This document shows positions 10,275 through 18,650 of a stretch of 64,000 bases of DNA, piece by piece; the first letter of the stretch is position 1, and each line of letters starts with the position of its first letter. The notes below the pieces were generated by a model, which saw nothing but the letters and a program-made list of their open reading frames with translations, was not told the DNA's origin and did no database searches. The position numbers were made by a program, and so were the translations under genes. Origin of the DNA: Alphaproteobacteria bacterium (lineage in GTDB: Bacteria; Pseudomonadota; Alphaproteobacteria; Rs-D84); NCBI GenBank assembly GCA_017505705.1, contig JAFVOS010000011.1, positions 45,449 to 109,448 on the forward strand, given 5' to 3'.

Positions 10275-11401
10275 TTTATAATCCTTTGTACGATATCAAC
10301 AAAATCATCTATATCTTCAATTGTATTATACGCCCCCACCGACACCCGAACAGACGATTCGATTTGCAATCTTTGATGAATCCATGTGGCACACATATTT
10401 CCAACCCGCACACATACACCATGCGCCCCGACCAGTGCCCCAAAATCCATCGCATGCATATTATCAACAACAAAAGTTAACATTGATGCATCACGTGGTG
10501 TAAGTATCCTGATATGATTTAATTCTTTTAACTTGTCATACAAATATTTAATCAGATTTAAATCAGGTCTTTTTTCATTAATTTCATCAATTGCCACCCC
10601 CATACCTGCTATTTGCGTCAATGGCAATGTACCGGCCTCAAAAACATCTGGTCCATCCCCCAGTTCCACACGTCCATCGGCATAGACCCGATTTACCATT
10701 CCGCCACCAAACTTATCTGGCATAAACCGATTCGGATTTTTTATATACATAACCCCAATTCCCGTATCCGCACCAATCTTGTGACCAGACCAAACGACAA
10801 AATCTGCATCCCATTTTTGCACATCAATATTTTCATGTACTATATATTGAGCCGCATCCACCACGACAATAACATTTGGATTTTTTTGACGTGCCGCCTT
10901 TATAATTTTTTCCACATCTTGTGGCATTCCCATAACATTAGACATCGCCGTCACAACCATAACATCCGCAAATGGGATTCTGGTTGTATCTATATTTAAT
11001 TTATCATCCAGTGGACACTGCACAATATTTGCCACCGTCATTTGAAATGGCAAACGTGCACTGTGATGATCCAAATCTGACACCGCCACCGTCATATCCG
11101 ACGAGATATTCAGCATACGAACGATTCGATTAATTGCATCTGTTGTCCCAGATGTAAAAACAATGTTGCGCACATTAGCATTCATACGCATTGCAATTTT
11201 TTTTCGAACATCTGCGACCATTTTATCCACATTGCTGGCCCGACCACAAACACCACGCCCAGCATTAGCATATTTATTTCGCAAAAAATCACTTTGTTCT
11301 TCGATAACAGCATTACTTTTCAAATAACTTGCTGCGGCATCTAAGTATATGAATTTATTCATTTTGTTTTTCTCTTGCATTTTGCGCTGATTATAATACA
11401 C
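10271..11401 (-). CDS. sufS: Cysteine desulfurase SufS/class-V aminotransferase
   Basis: 376 aa. FIYLDAAASY N-terminal motif, PLP-lysine region ...VVWSGHKIGADTGIGVMYIKN... and C-terminal ...RVSVGAYNT... True start may be the internal MNKFIYLD. Confidence 0.8.
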   Translation of the reverse strand: MYYNQRKMQEKNKMNKFIYLDAAASYLKSNAVIEEQSDFLRNKYANAGRGVCGRASNVDKMVADVRKKIAMRMNANVRNIVFTSGTTDAINRIVRMLNISSDMTVAVSDLDHHSARLPFQMTVANIVQCPLDDKLNIDTTRIPFADVMVVTAMSNVMGMPQDVEKIIKAARQKNPNVIVVVDAAQYIVHENIDVQKWDADFVVWSGHKIGADTGIGVMYIKNPNRFMPDKFGGGMVNRVYADGRVELGDGPDVFEAGTLPLTQIAGMGVAIDEINEKRPDLNLIKYLYDKLKELNHIRILTPRDASMLTFVVDNMHAMDFGALVGAHGVCVRVGNMCATWIHQRLQIESSVRVSVGAYNTIEDIDDFVDIVQRIIK

Positions 11402-11436
11402 TCTCGCTGAATATCAATAATTATAAGGAGAAAAAG

Positions 11437-11763
11437 ATGGCACTAGAACATGCAAATGATACTACATTTGACACATTGATTGGCAATGGTATTACGCTTG
11501 TAGACTTTTGGGCATCATGGTGTGGTCCATGCCGAATGTTTGGCCCAATTTTTGAAAATGTTTCTGACAAGGTTCCAGATGTAAAATTTATCAAATTTGA
11601 AATTGACGAATCGAATCGACGTACTCCTGCTAAATACGGTATTCGCAGCATTCCATCTGTACTGGCATTTAAAGATGGTCAATTAATTGAAGCACGCAGT
11701 GGCCTGATGGACGAAGACACTGTAATTGATTGGATAAAGGAATTACAAAATGGGAACAGTTAA
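11437..11763 (+). CDS. trxA: Thioredoxin
   Basis: 108 aa with the WASWCGPCRM active site. Strong RBS AAGGAG 8 nt upstream. Confidence 0.95.
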   Translation: MALEHANDTTFDTLIGNGITLVDFWASWCGPCRMFGPIFENVSDKVPDVKFIKFEIDESNRRTPAKYGIRSIPSVLAFKDGQLIEARSGLMDEDTVIDWIKELQNGNS

Positions 11764-12181
11764 TTATAGAACAATTGAATTGGCATCCAATTACAAGCCC
11801 AAACTTTCTGAACCATACATGTGTCCAGAACAATTGGCATATTTTTACCACGTACTGAACAGTCAACGTGAAGAATTGATAAGCGAACGCGACGATGTTT
11901 TAAATGCTGTACGTCTTGCTGACAAGACCGAAGCAGCTGGTGTCGGCGACGATTCGGATAACGCAGCATACAACCAAGACATCACAATGGATTTACGCAT
12001 GTCTGAACGCAATAACAAATTACTGCAAAAAATAGATGCTGCCCTGGAACGTATTTCAAATGGTACATACGGTTTCAGTGTTGTATCCGGCGAAGAAATT
12101 GGTATTAAACGTATGATGGCCCGTCCATTGGCGACAATGACCGTCGAAGAACAAGAAGAATACGAAAGTCGTAAAAACTAA
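11750..12181 (+). CDS. dksA: DksA-family RNA-polymerase-binding transcription factor, lacking zinc-finger cysteines
   Basis: 143 aa. Coiled-coil region with DxxDxA-like acidic tip (GVGDDSDNAAYNQD). C-terminal GTYGFSVVSGEEIGIKRMMARPLATMTVEEQ aligns to DksA [31 protein letters not shown] with all four Cys replaced. Start may be the downstream ATG at 11819. Confidence 0.7.
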   Translation: MGTVNYRTIELASNYKPKLSEPYMCPEQLAYFYHVLNSQREELISERDDVLNAVRLADKTEAAGVGDDSDNAAYNQDITMDLRMSERNNKLLQKIDAALERISNGTYGFSVVSGEEIGIKRMMARPLATMTVEEQEEYESRKN

Positions 12182-12193
12182 TTGTAATACCAG

Positions 12194-12231
12194 AAAAAAA
12201 TCCCCCCATTCCTTCCTGGGGGATTTTTTTA
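12194..12231. terminator. Bidirectional rho-independent terminator hairpin (C6-loop-G5 flanked by A/T tracts)
   Basis: Sequence aaaaaaaTCCCCCCattccttcctGGGGGAttttttt lies between convergent dksA and the Cys-rich gene. Confidence 0.8.
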
Positions 12232-13584
12232 TTGGATACCAACATTAAACTCATCAGACCAACCGGCGACTGTCTGACCACCAATTGAACAATTCAAATC
12301 TTCAAAACCATCTTCTATTTGGTTTTTCTTTACAACATGACTGGTAATCAATCCACCTGCTGTCCCCAGCACAACCCCAGCAATCGAATCGGACGCCAAG
12401 CGTGCTGTATTAAACTTGCCCTGGGCATCACGCCATTTTTTTACATCCAAATCCGACGTCAATGTCTGCAACACAGAAACAGATTCACTAATCTTTGATT
12501 GCGCCGTACTAAAACCAATTACAACGACGGTATTATCTTTTTCTGGTTCATCCACACACGTTGTATCAACCACCACTTTCAATTCATCATACAATCGCAA
12601 GAAAACATCTTTATCCGGTACAGCTGCACAATATGCTTCCAGCGCACTGATTTGCGTCAAAACATCTGCAAAGTTCACACAGCGATTTTTCCACGACACG
12701 ACATTTGCCAACAGCATCGCATCACAGATATATTTTTCTGGTTCTGTCACAACAACTGTTTTTGTCTTGCATACCCATTCATTATTTTCCTTAACAAAAT
12801 CCCCACCATTTACACAAACACACTTATTTACACTTGGCGTCCAGATTGTTTCTGTTCCTGGTTTTGCGCAACATGCCTTACATACCTCAGATGTACATAC
12901 TGACGGATGACATTTACCAACCACTGGATTTACTGGTTTTACCGGCTTAACCGGATCAACTGGCTTCTTATTATCAACCATCCCTGATTTACACACACCA
13001 TTTGCATCTGGCGCTAACCCCTCTCTACATTTTGTTGCCAAACAGAAGAATTCGGGTCCCTCCACACACACACCCTTAAATTCAATCCCTGATGGATCAG
13101 ATAAACGATAACCACTACAATCAACATTTGTCAGTGTTCTGCACCCACCACCTGCATCTGGTACACAATCACCAACTGCCACATCACCAAAACCATTTGT
13201 ATGACAAATTCCGTCTTCTACAACAACCCATTTATTATTTAAGCCAACTAGATTTTTACATTGATATTTTTGTTCTTTGTTAATAACTTGCCCTTTAAAA
13301 ACATGCCCTGGCCACATTGTCACAACCGATTGTGGCTTACACCCACTTACATTTTGTCCAGCATCACATTCATACGCCAACCCTGCCCCAGAATTTTTTC
13401 GACCTGAATTAATAAAACCCTGTTTAGTTAAATTCCAATCATTTTCATTTTTATACAAAAACTCATCATCTTCTGGATTTTGATTTCCAACATAGCTAAC
13501 CGTTGTATAGGAATTACATTCTGGCGCAGCCATTGTAACCATTGGCATAACAACAAATATCGCTAACAACAAAAACTTTTTCAT
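12229..13584 (-). CDS. Cysteine-rich secreted protein, unknown function
   Basis: 451 aa. Signal peptide MKKFLLLAIFVVMPMVTMAAP. More than 40 Cys. PVDPVKPVKPVNPV proline repeat. No recognisable enzymatic motif. Confidence 0.6.
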   Translation of the reverse strand: MKKFLLLAIFVVMPMVTMAAPECNSYTTVSYVGNQNPEDDEFLYKNENDWNLTKQGFINSGRKNSGAGLAYECDAGQNVSGCKPQSVVTMWPGHVFKGQVINKEQKYQCKNLVGLNNKWVVVEDGICHTNGFGDVAVGDCVPDAGGGCRTLTNVDCSGYRLSDPSGIEFKGVCVEGPEFFCLATKCREGLAPDANGVCKSGMVDNKKPVDPVKPVKPVNPVVGKCHPSVCTSEVCKACCAKPGTETIWTPSVNKCVCVNGGDFVKENNEWVCKTKTVVVTEPEKYICDAMLLANVVSWKNRCVNFADVLTQISALEAYCAAVPDKDVFLRLYDELKVVVDTTCVDEPEKDNTVVVIGFSTAQSKISESVSVLQTLTSDLDVKKWRDAQGKFNTARLASDSIAGVVLGTAGGLITSHVVKKNQIEDGFEDLNCSIGGQTVAGWSDEFNVGIQ

Positions 13585-13651
13585 TACATTCCCCCATATA
13601 ACATCAAGTATATTTTACCACAAAACGATACCCCAACAAAACAAAATCTAA

Positions 13652-13690
13652 TAAAAATCCCCCCAGGAAGGATTGGGGGGGGATTTTTTA
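13652..13690. terminator. Bidirectional terminator hairpin; inverted copy of the 12194-12231 hairpin
   Basis: Sequence aaaaaTCCCCCCaggaaggattGGGGGGGGAtttttta. Stem and loop are the reverse complement of the hairpin at 12202-12222 with one loop mismatch. Confidence 0.75.
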
Positions 13691-14980
13691 TCTGCACTCT
13701 TCAATCAATTGTTGAATCTGTGCACTTAAAACCAAATCTGTTGCTTTTTGCTTTTCAATCTGACGAACCGCATACAATACCGTTGCGTGATCACGTCCAC
13801 CAACATAATTTCCAATTTCTGCCAAAGACAAACCTGTTGCATTTTTTAATACGACCATCATTGTCTGGCGTGCCAAGACCAAATTACGACTGCGCCCACT
13901 GCCACATACTGCATCATATGAAACGCCTAATTTTTCACACATATTTTTTACCATTGCCAATGGTGTCTTGGCACGTTGCAATGTATCTGCCAGCAATCGT
14001 GTTGCAACATCCATATCAACAGCTGTGCCCATTAATTCTGTGTATGCCTTGATTTTTGTAGCAACCCCAGCAACCAAATGACCATCATTTGCAATGCGTA
14101 CTGCCAACTGTTCTGCAACATTTGCATTAACACCTGCACGACGCAGCAATACTGATTTAACATGTGCATTTGGTGCAACAACATCTGCAACCAACCCAGA
14201 CGCCAACAAAGATTGTGCACGACGATCAAATCCTGTCAAACTATTTGGCGCAACATTCGCAGTCAGAACAACATTTTTACCTGCTGCTTTCAGATCAACA
14301 ACCAACTGCAAAAATTCATCCATTGTCGCTTTTTTTCCGGCCAAGCTTTGCACATCATCCAAAATAAACGTATCACAATTACGGCAATAATCTTTGAATG
14401 CGAACACTGTACGATCATGCAGGCTGCGTGTAAATTCAGCAACAAACTGTCCACCATTCATCATAATAACACGACCATTTGATGCATTTTTAACACATTC
14501 CATCAGCAATGATTTCCCACAACCTGCCGCCCCATGAACATACAGTGGTGAAAACGCAGCTGCCCCACTTGCAATTTTTTTACATGCCGACAGCACAAAA
14601 ATATTATCATCTGTTGCAACAAAAGAATCAAATGCAATTGAATTGTTCGACTGTGCAACAACTGCTGGTGTGAAAGATTGTGTGTTATTATCATTTGCAA
14701 CCGGTGCAACATTTGCAACAACTGTGCGTTTTGCCGACCCCACAAACAGATTCAATGTCAAACCAAATGTTTCTGCAACACTGCGCAAAACATTACCATA
14801 CGCAGACATAACATAATTAAAGGAAAACTGATTTTGCACACCACAATTCAACACATCGTTTTCAATTTCAAAATTGATTGGTGCAATCCAAGAAGTAAAA
14901 CCAGCAGCATCAATTTTTTCGGCAACAGCCCCCTTGATAACATCAACATTTATCATTTGCTTTGTTGCCGTCATCTGCAT
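13688..14980 (-). CDS. dnaA: Chromosomal replication initiator protein DnaA (divergent, short)
   Basis: 430 aa. AAA+ Walker A HGAAGCGKSLL, Walker B FILDDVQ, and C-terminal domain IV ...LSLAEIGNYVGGRDHATVLYAVRQIEK (DnaA signature helix). Confidence 0.85.
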   Translation of the reverse strand: MQMTATKQMINVDVIKGAVAEKIDAAGFTSWIAPINFEIENDVLNCGVQNQFSFNYVMSAYGNVLRSVAETFGLTLNLFVGSAKRTVVANVAPVANDNNTQSFTPAVVAQSNNSIAFDSFVATDDNIFVLSACKKIASGAAAFSPLYVHGAAGCGKSLLMECVKNASNGRVIMMNGGQFVAEFTRSLHDRTVFAFKDYCRNCDTFILDDVQSLAGKKATMDEFLQLVVDLKAAGKNVVLTANVAPNSLTGFDRRAQSLLASGLVADVVAPNAHVKSVLLRRAGVNANVAEQLAVRIANDGHLVAGVATKIKAYTELMGTAVDMDVATRLLADTLQRAKTPLAMVKNMCEKLGVSYDAVCGSGRSRNLVLARQTMMVVLKNATGLSLAEIGNYVGGRDHATVLYAVRQIEKQKATDLVLSAQIQQLIEECR

Positions 14981-15347
14981 TCTTTTTCTCCTTTCCTTCC
15001 TGTTTTATGCCTGTGCATCCATCACAAATTGATTGCAAAAGACACCCGCACATAAACGCTAAATTCTTCCCTCACACGAAAAAATTTAGTGTTTATGTTG
15101 CTTTAACTTCTACTCTCTCGCTTTGGCACTAAACTTTTCACACATATTTGCAGTAAAAAATCCAGTGTCGTTTCTTTTTTTTGTTTTTTGATATTTCTAT
15201 CGTTTGGATACGTCAAATAATTTATAAGATTAATTTCAATTTACAACCACTTTAAAAGCAATTTTTAACATTTATTTTTTTGACAACGATTCGTTTTTTT
15301 GCCCGATTTCTGCACTTTGTATATACACTGTATATACATTTAAAAAA
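14981..15347. promoter_or_regulatory. AT-rich dnaA upstream/intergenic region with tandem palindromes; candidate dnaA promoter or origin-proximal region
   Basis: 367 bp non-coding stretch between the dnaA start and the dprA stop. Contains TGTATATACA-c-TGTATATACA at 15318-15338, long T-tracts and A-tracts. No canonical TTATCCACA box was found by eye. Confidence 0.3.
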
Positions 15348-16364
15348 TCATGCACGCACATAACCGCCATCAACTTTTCGCACAATTCCCTGCAGTTCCA
15401 GGACAACCAATTCACTTTTTATTTCCGAAACCGATTTTTTGACAATTTCTGCCAATACAGATTCGGACACCGGAATTGTTCCTAACTTGTCTACAAGAAT
15501 ATTTTCATGTTGGTTTTTTTTCTCAAAATTTTCTTTTTTAGTATTTTTATTACCTGTTTTGAAAAAATCATCCACACCTGAACATAAAATTGCATCGCCC
15601 GACTTAATCAGTGAATTTGGCCCAGATCCCCTGGGATCTGACGGATGCGACGGTATTGCATACACAATTTTATTATATTCTTTTGCGAATCGTGCCGTTG
15701 TCATTGAACCAGACTTCATATCCGCTTCCCCCAGAATCAAACAATCACCCAATCCCGCAACGATTCGGTTTCGTTGAACAAAATTTGTCACCACCGGCGT
15801 AAAGCCAACTGGCATTTCACTAATAATTGCACCATTTTGCACAATATCCCAATATAACGATTCGTTTTCCAGCGGCCAAATATAATCTGCCCCACCTGCC
15901 AACACAGCAATTGTCGTCCCACCATTACGCAAAGCACCACTATGTGCGGCGGTATCTGTTCCTATGGCCATACCAGACACAACAGAAAAACCATTTTGCG
16001 CAAATTCCGATGCTAAATCCGACATAAAATTCATTCCTGCTGCTGTTGCATGTCGTGTTCCAACCATTGAAACCATTGGTTTGGTCAACACATCAATATT
16101 TCCCCGCACTGTTATTACCGGCGGATGATTTTCAATCGCCTGTAATGATTTTGGATACAATGCGTCTTCATCGGATATATAATGAATCCCCAACTTACTT
16201 GCCAAATCCATTTCTCTGCGCACCATATCAACATGCGCAACATCAGACCTTAAACTTTGTGCTGCGGCCTCAACCGATCCAAATTTTTCAACCAGCGCCC
16301 TATAACGTGCCGGCCCTATTTTTGGCGTACGCAAAATCAATAACTTATTAAACACGTTCATCAT
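15348..16364 (-). CDS. dprA: DNA processing protein DprA (Smf)
   Basis: 338 aa. Rossmann core with GMAIGTDTAAHSGAL (GxxxGID-like) and ...LILGEADMKSGSMTTARFA... Confidence 0.8.
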   Translation of the reverse strand: MMNVFNKLLILRTPKIGPARYRALVEKFGSVEAAAQSLRSDVAHVDMVRREMDLASKLGIHYISDEDALYPKSLQAIENHPPVITVRGNIDVLTKPMVSMVGTRHATAAGMNFMSDLASEFAQNGFSVVSGMAIGTDTAAHSGALRNGGTTIAVLAGGADYIWPLENESLYWDIVQNGAIISEMPVGFTPVVTNFVQRNRIVAGLGDCLILGEADMKSGSMTTARFAKEYNKIVYAIPSHPSDPRGSGPNSLIKSGDAILCSGVDDFFKTGNKNTKKENFEKKNQHENILVDKLGTIPVSESVLAEIVKKSVSEIKSELVVLELQGIVRKVDGGYVRA

Positions 16365-16403
16365 ATCCTAATTATAGTGATTATATATATAATGATAAAA
16401 GAC

Positions 16404-16437
16404 AAAAATAAAATCCCCATCTGGGGATTTTATTTTT
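16404..16437. terminator. Bidirectional terminator hairpin
   Basis: aaaataaaATCCCCatctGGGGATtttattttt. Confidence 0.75.
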
Positions 16438-17317
16438 AACACGCCAGCAGGCTCTTATAATCAAACCCACGCATATTTTCTATATCCTCTGGCTTTGGAT
16501 TGCATGCATCTGGCATTGGATTTTCTTCATCCCATTGCGTTTCTTCACAATATTGTTTTAAGGTTGTCAACGCATCAACAATATCATTATATTTAGAAGA
16601 CTTTTCTTGTTTTAAAACCTTCATCTGCGAACACAGCAATTCTGTTCCGCTTAATGCAGCCTGTCCTTCGACGGCACCACCAATTAATTTATTACCGAAC
16701 AATTCCATTGCGCCAACCCCAACTGCTGCGCCACCAACAGCACCACCAACAGTCGCCCATGTGCGTCCCTTCTTTTTGGCATCCAAGATACGATTACGCA
16801 ACGCATCCTTATCAGCCCATTCACCACACGTAATATTTTCACCCATTATAAAATATTTAGTTGGTACATCAGACACATTTATCCGAGAATCACTTGATTT
16901 CAACTCTACCTTTACAAAACAGACATTATTTTCAGGATTTTCAACATCTTCAATCATCGAAGAATAATTTCCAATATTGCTATAACGAGATGCCCAAACA
17001 AAAGTCGCCCCTACACCAATATTATTATTAATACATGCCGCCTTTTCACGTTCACGCATATCTTTTTCTGGTACGCCCCCCATATCCGGCTTTACATCTT
17101 CAATCTTGTCCGATGGCTCTTGTGGTTTTTGTGCATCACCCGGCTTATTATTATCTTCATTTGTTGCTGCGATATGTTCCAACTGGCGCTTTGACACCGC
17201 CGCCCTGGAATCCATCTGATTTGCCATTGATGCGCGACCACGCCCAGATTCTGGAACCGCTGCAAACGCAGACACCGACACAGAAAAGACAGTAAACAAT
17301 GCCACCAGTAATTTCAT
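16436..17317 (-). CDS. Secreted protein of unknown function (Gly-rich C-terminal region)
   Basis: 293 aa. Signal peptide MKLLVALFTVFSVSVSAFAA. Acidic/lysine-rich N-region. GGAVGGAAVGVGAMELFGNKLIGGAVEG glycine zipper-like segment. Ends ...SLLAC. Confidence 0.55.
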   Translation of the reverse strand: MKLLVALFTVFSVSVSAFAAVPESGRGRASMANQMDSRAAVSKRQLEHIAATNEDNNKPGDAQKPQEPSDKIEDVKPDMGGVPEKDMREREKAACINNNIGVGATFVWASRYSNIGNYSSMIEDVENPENNVCFVKVELKSSDSRINVSDVPTKYFIMGENITCGEWADKDALRNRILDAKKKGRTWATVGGAVGGAAVGVGAMELFGNKLIGGAVEGQAALSGTELLCSQMKVLKQEKSSKYNDIVDALTTLKQYCEETQWDEENPMPDACNPKPEDIENMRGFDYKSLLAC

Positions 17318-17387
17318 AACCTACATCCTTATATAATCTCAGCATATTATACCATAAAAACGCACAAAAATAAAGATATAAAAGAAA

Positions 17388-17422
17388 CAAGGGGGCCCCA
17401 GCCCCCAAGATTTTTATTTTTT
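17388..17422. terminator. Bidirectional terminator hairpin
   Basis: caaGGGGGCcccaGCCCCCaagatttttatttttt, downstream of plsY. Confidence 0.7.
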
Positions 17423-18004
17423 CCACTTCCACTCTATTTTTGATTCGGTACCTGATACCAGTCTGGAAATATTTGCCCGATGTCGCCACATACACAACAA
17501 CCCGATACACAAAAATGGCCAACCAACAGAACAACTGATTGCAAACCCCAACACAGGTATTAAGCAAAATACTATTACCGCCCCCAGCGAAGAAATTCCA
17601 GATGTCAACGCAACCAACAACCATTCTATTCCACACACCAAGAAAGACACCGGGCTGACCGCCAGCAACACCCCAAACAGCGAAGAAATCCCTTTACCCC
17701 CATGAAATTTCAACCACACTGGATAACAGTGCCCAACAATTGCCACAAAACCACACCATGCACCAAATGCCACACCTGCAATTGACCACCCAATCCACAC
17801 TGCCACTATGGCTTTAAGCATATCCAGAATCCAAACCAGCCCTGCCATACGCAAACCACCGACCCGCATAACATTCGTTGCACCTATATTACCGCTGCCA
17901 ACTTTGCGCAGATCGTCCTTACCCATTAATTTCGTAAACAACAAGCCCATTGGAATCGAGCCCAGCAAATAAGCAACTATTATTGCAAATACGTAAAATA
18001 TCAT
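17414..18004 (-). CDS. plsY: Glycerol-3-phosphate acyltransferase PlsY
   Basis: 196 aa. ...LLGSIPMGLLFTKLMGKDDLRKVGSGNIGATNVMRVGG... is the PlsY signature. Confidence 0.9.
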   Translation of the reverse strand: MIFYVFAIIVAYLLGSIPMGLLFTKLMGKDDLRKVGSGNIGATNVMRVGGLRMAGLVWILDMLKAIVAVWIGWSIAGVAFGAWCGFVAIVGHCYPVWLKFHGGKGISSLFGVLLAVSPVSFLVCGIEWLLVALTSGISSLGAVIVFCLIPVLGFAISCSVGWPFLCIGLLCMWRHRANISRLVSGTESKIEWKWKK

Positions 18005-18077
18005 GTTATTTTTCCTTGATTTTATGTTTCTTTTCTATAAAATAACAAAAACATGACGAAAATAAAAGGAAAATAAC

Positions 18078-18338
18078 GTGGCAAATCACAAGTCATCTGA
18101 AAAAAGAATTTTGGTATCAGCCAAGAAAAATGCAATTAACACATCACGTCGCAGTGCTGTAAAAACGGCTACTAAGAAAGCATTGGTTGCTGTTGAATCT
18201 GGCGACAAAGCGGCGGCAACTGTTGCGGCACGCAACGCAGAAAGCAAAATTATGAAATCTGCTGGCAAAATCATGCCAAAGAAACGTGCAGCACGCAAAA
18301 TTTCTCGCTTGGCTAAGAAAGTTTCCAAAATGGCTTAA
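18078..18338 (+). CDS. rpsT: 30S ribosomal protein S20
   Basis: 86 aa. MANHKSSEKRILVSAKKNAINTSRRSAVKT... is canonical S20. Confidence 0.95.
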   Translation: MANHKSSEKRILVSAKKNAINTSRRSAVKTATKKALVAVESGDKAAATVAARNAESKIMKSAGKIMPKKRAARKISRLAKKVSKMA

Positions 18339-18409
18339 TTATACAGAACACAAAAATTTGTGCGCCGTTGGCGCACTTTTTGTCGTTTTCAAACGAAACA
18401 CACAAACAA

Positions 18410-18446
18410 AAAAGCACCCCCTTGCGGGGGATTTTTATTTTTTCTT
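18410..18446. terminator. Bidirectional terminator hairpin between convergent rpsT and tatA
   Basis: aaaaaagCACCCCCttgcGGGGGAtttttatttttt. Confidence 0.8.
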
Positions 18447-18644
18447 CACCGACTTCTTAGCCGTCGACTTCTTCACAGTCTTTTTCGAATCTGACTTTTT
18501 AGTATCTTTCAGTTCCTTTTTAAACACATTGATACCATTCGCCAAATTACGCATCATTCCTGGGATTTTGTTGCTCATAAACAAAATCATGACCAAGATA
18601 ACGATTAAAATTATTTCAGTCCAACCTAATCTCATATCCATCAC
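18435..18644 (-). CDS. tatA: Sec-independent protein translocase TatA/E-type subunit
   Basis: 69 aa. ...LGWTEIILIVILVMILFMSNKIPGMMRNLANGINVFKKELKD... is the TatA TM plus amphipathic helix. Lys-rich tail. Confidence 0.65.
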   Translation of the reverse strand: MMDMRLGWTEIILIVILVMILFMSNKIPGMMRNLANGINVFKKELKDTKKSDSKKTVKKSTAKKSVKKK

Positions 18645-18650
18645 CTTTGT

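Noticed and set aside
12416-12910. 164 aa and 134 aa plus-strand ORFs inside the Cys-rich secreted protein gene
   Set aside because: They are antisense shadow ORFs. The minus-strand gene has a signal peptide, an RBS and flanking terminators. The plus-strand ORFs have none of these.
14094-14482. Plus-strand ORFs (98-106 aa) antisense to dnaA
   Set aside because: dnaA identity is unambiguous. The antisense ORFs lack motifs and starts with an RBS.
14981-15347. Canonical DnaA boxes (TTATCCACA) upstream of dnaA
   Set aside because: No 9-mer with ≤1 mismatch was found by eye on either strand. This is why the region is only flagged as a candidate regulatory region.
17157-17636. 159 aa minus-strand ORF overlapping the plsY 3' end and the terminator
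   Set aside because: It overlaps plsY out of frame and spans a terminator hairpin. The product shows no recognisable motif.
18435-18644. Treating the 69 aa ORF as a translated terminator/intergenic artefact
   Set aside because: The TM plus amphipathic helix matches TatA/E closely (…ILFMSNKIPGMMRNLANGINVFKKEL…). The gene has its own terminator at 18410-18446.
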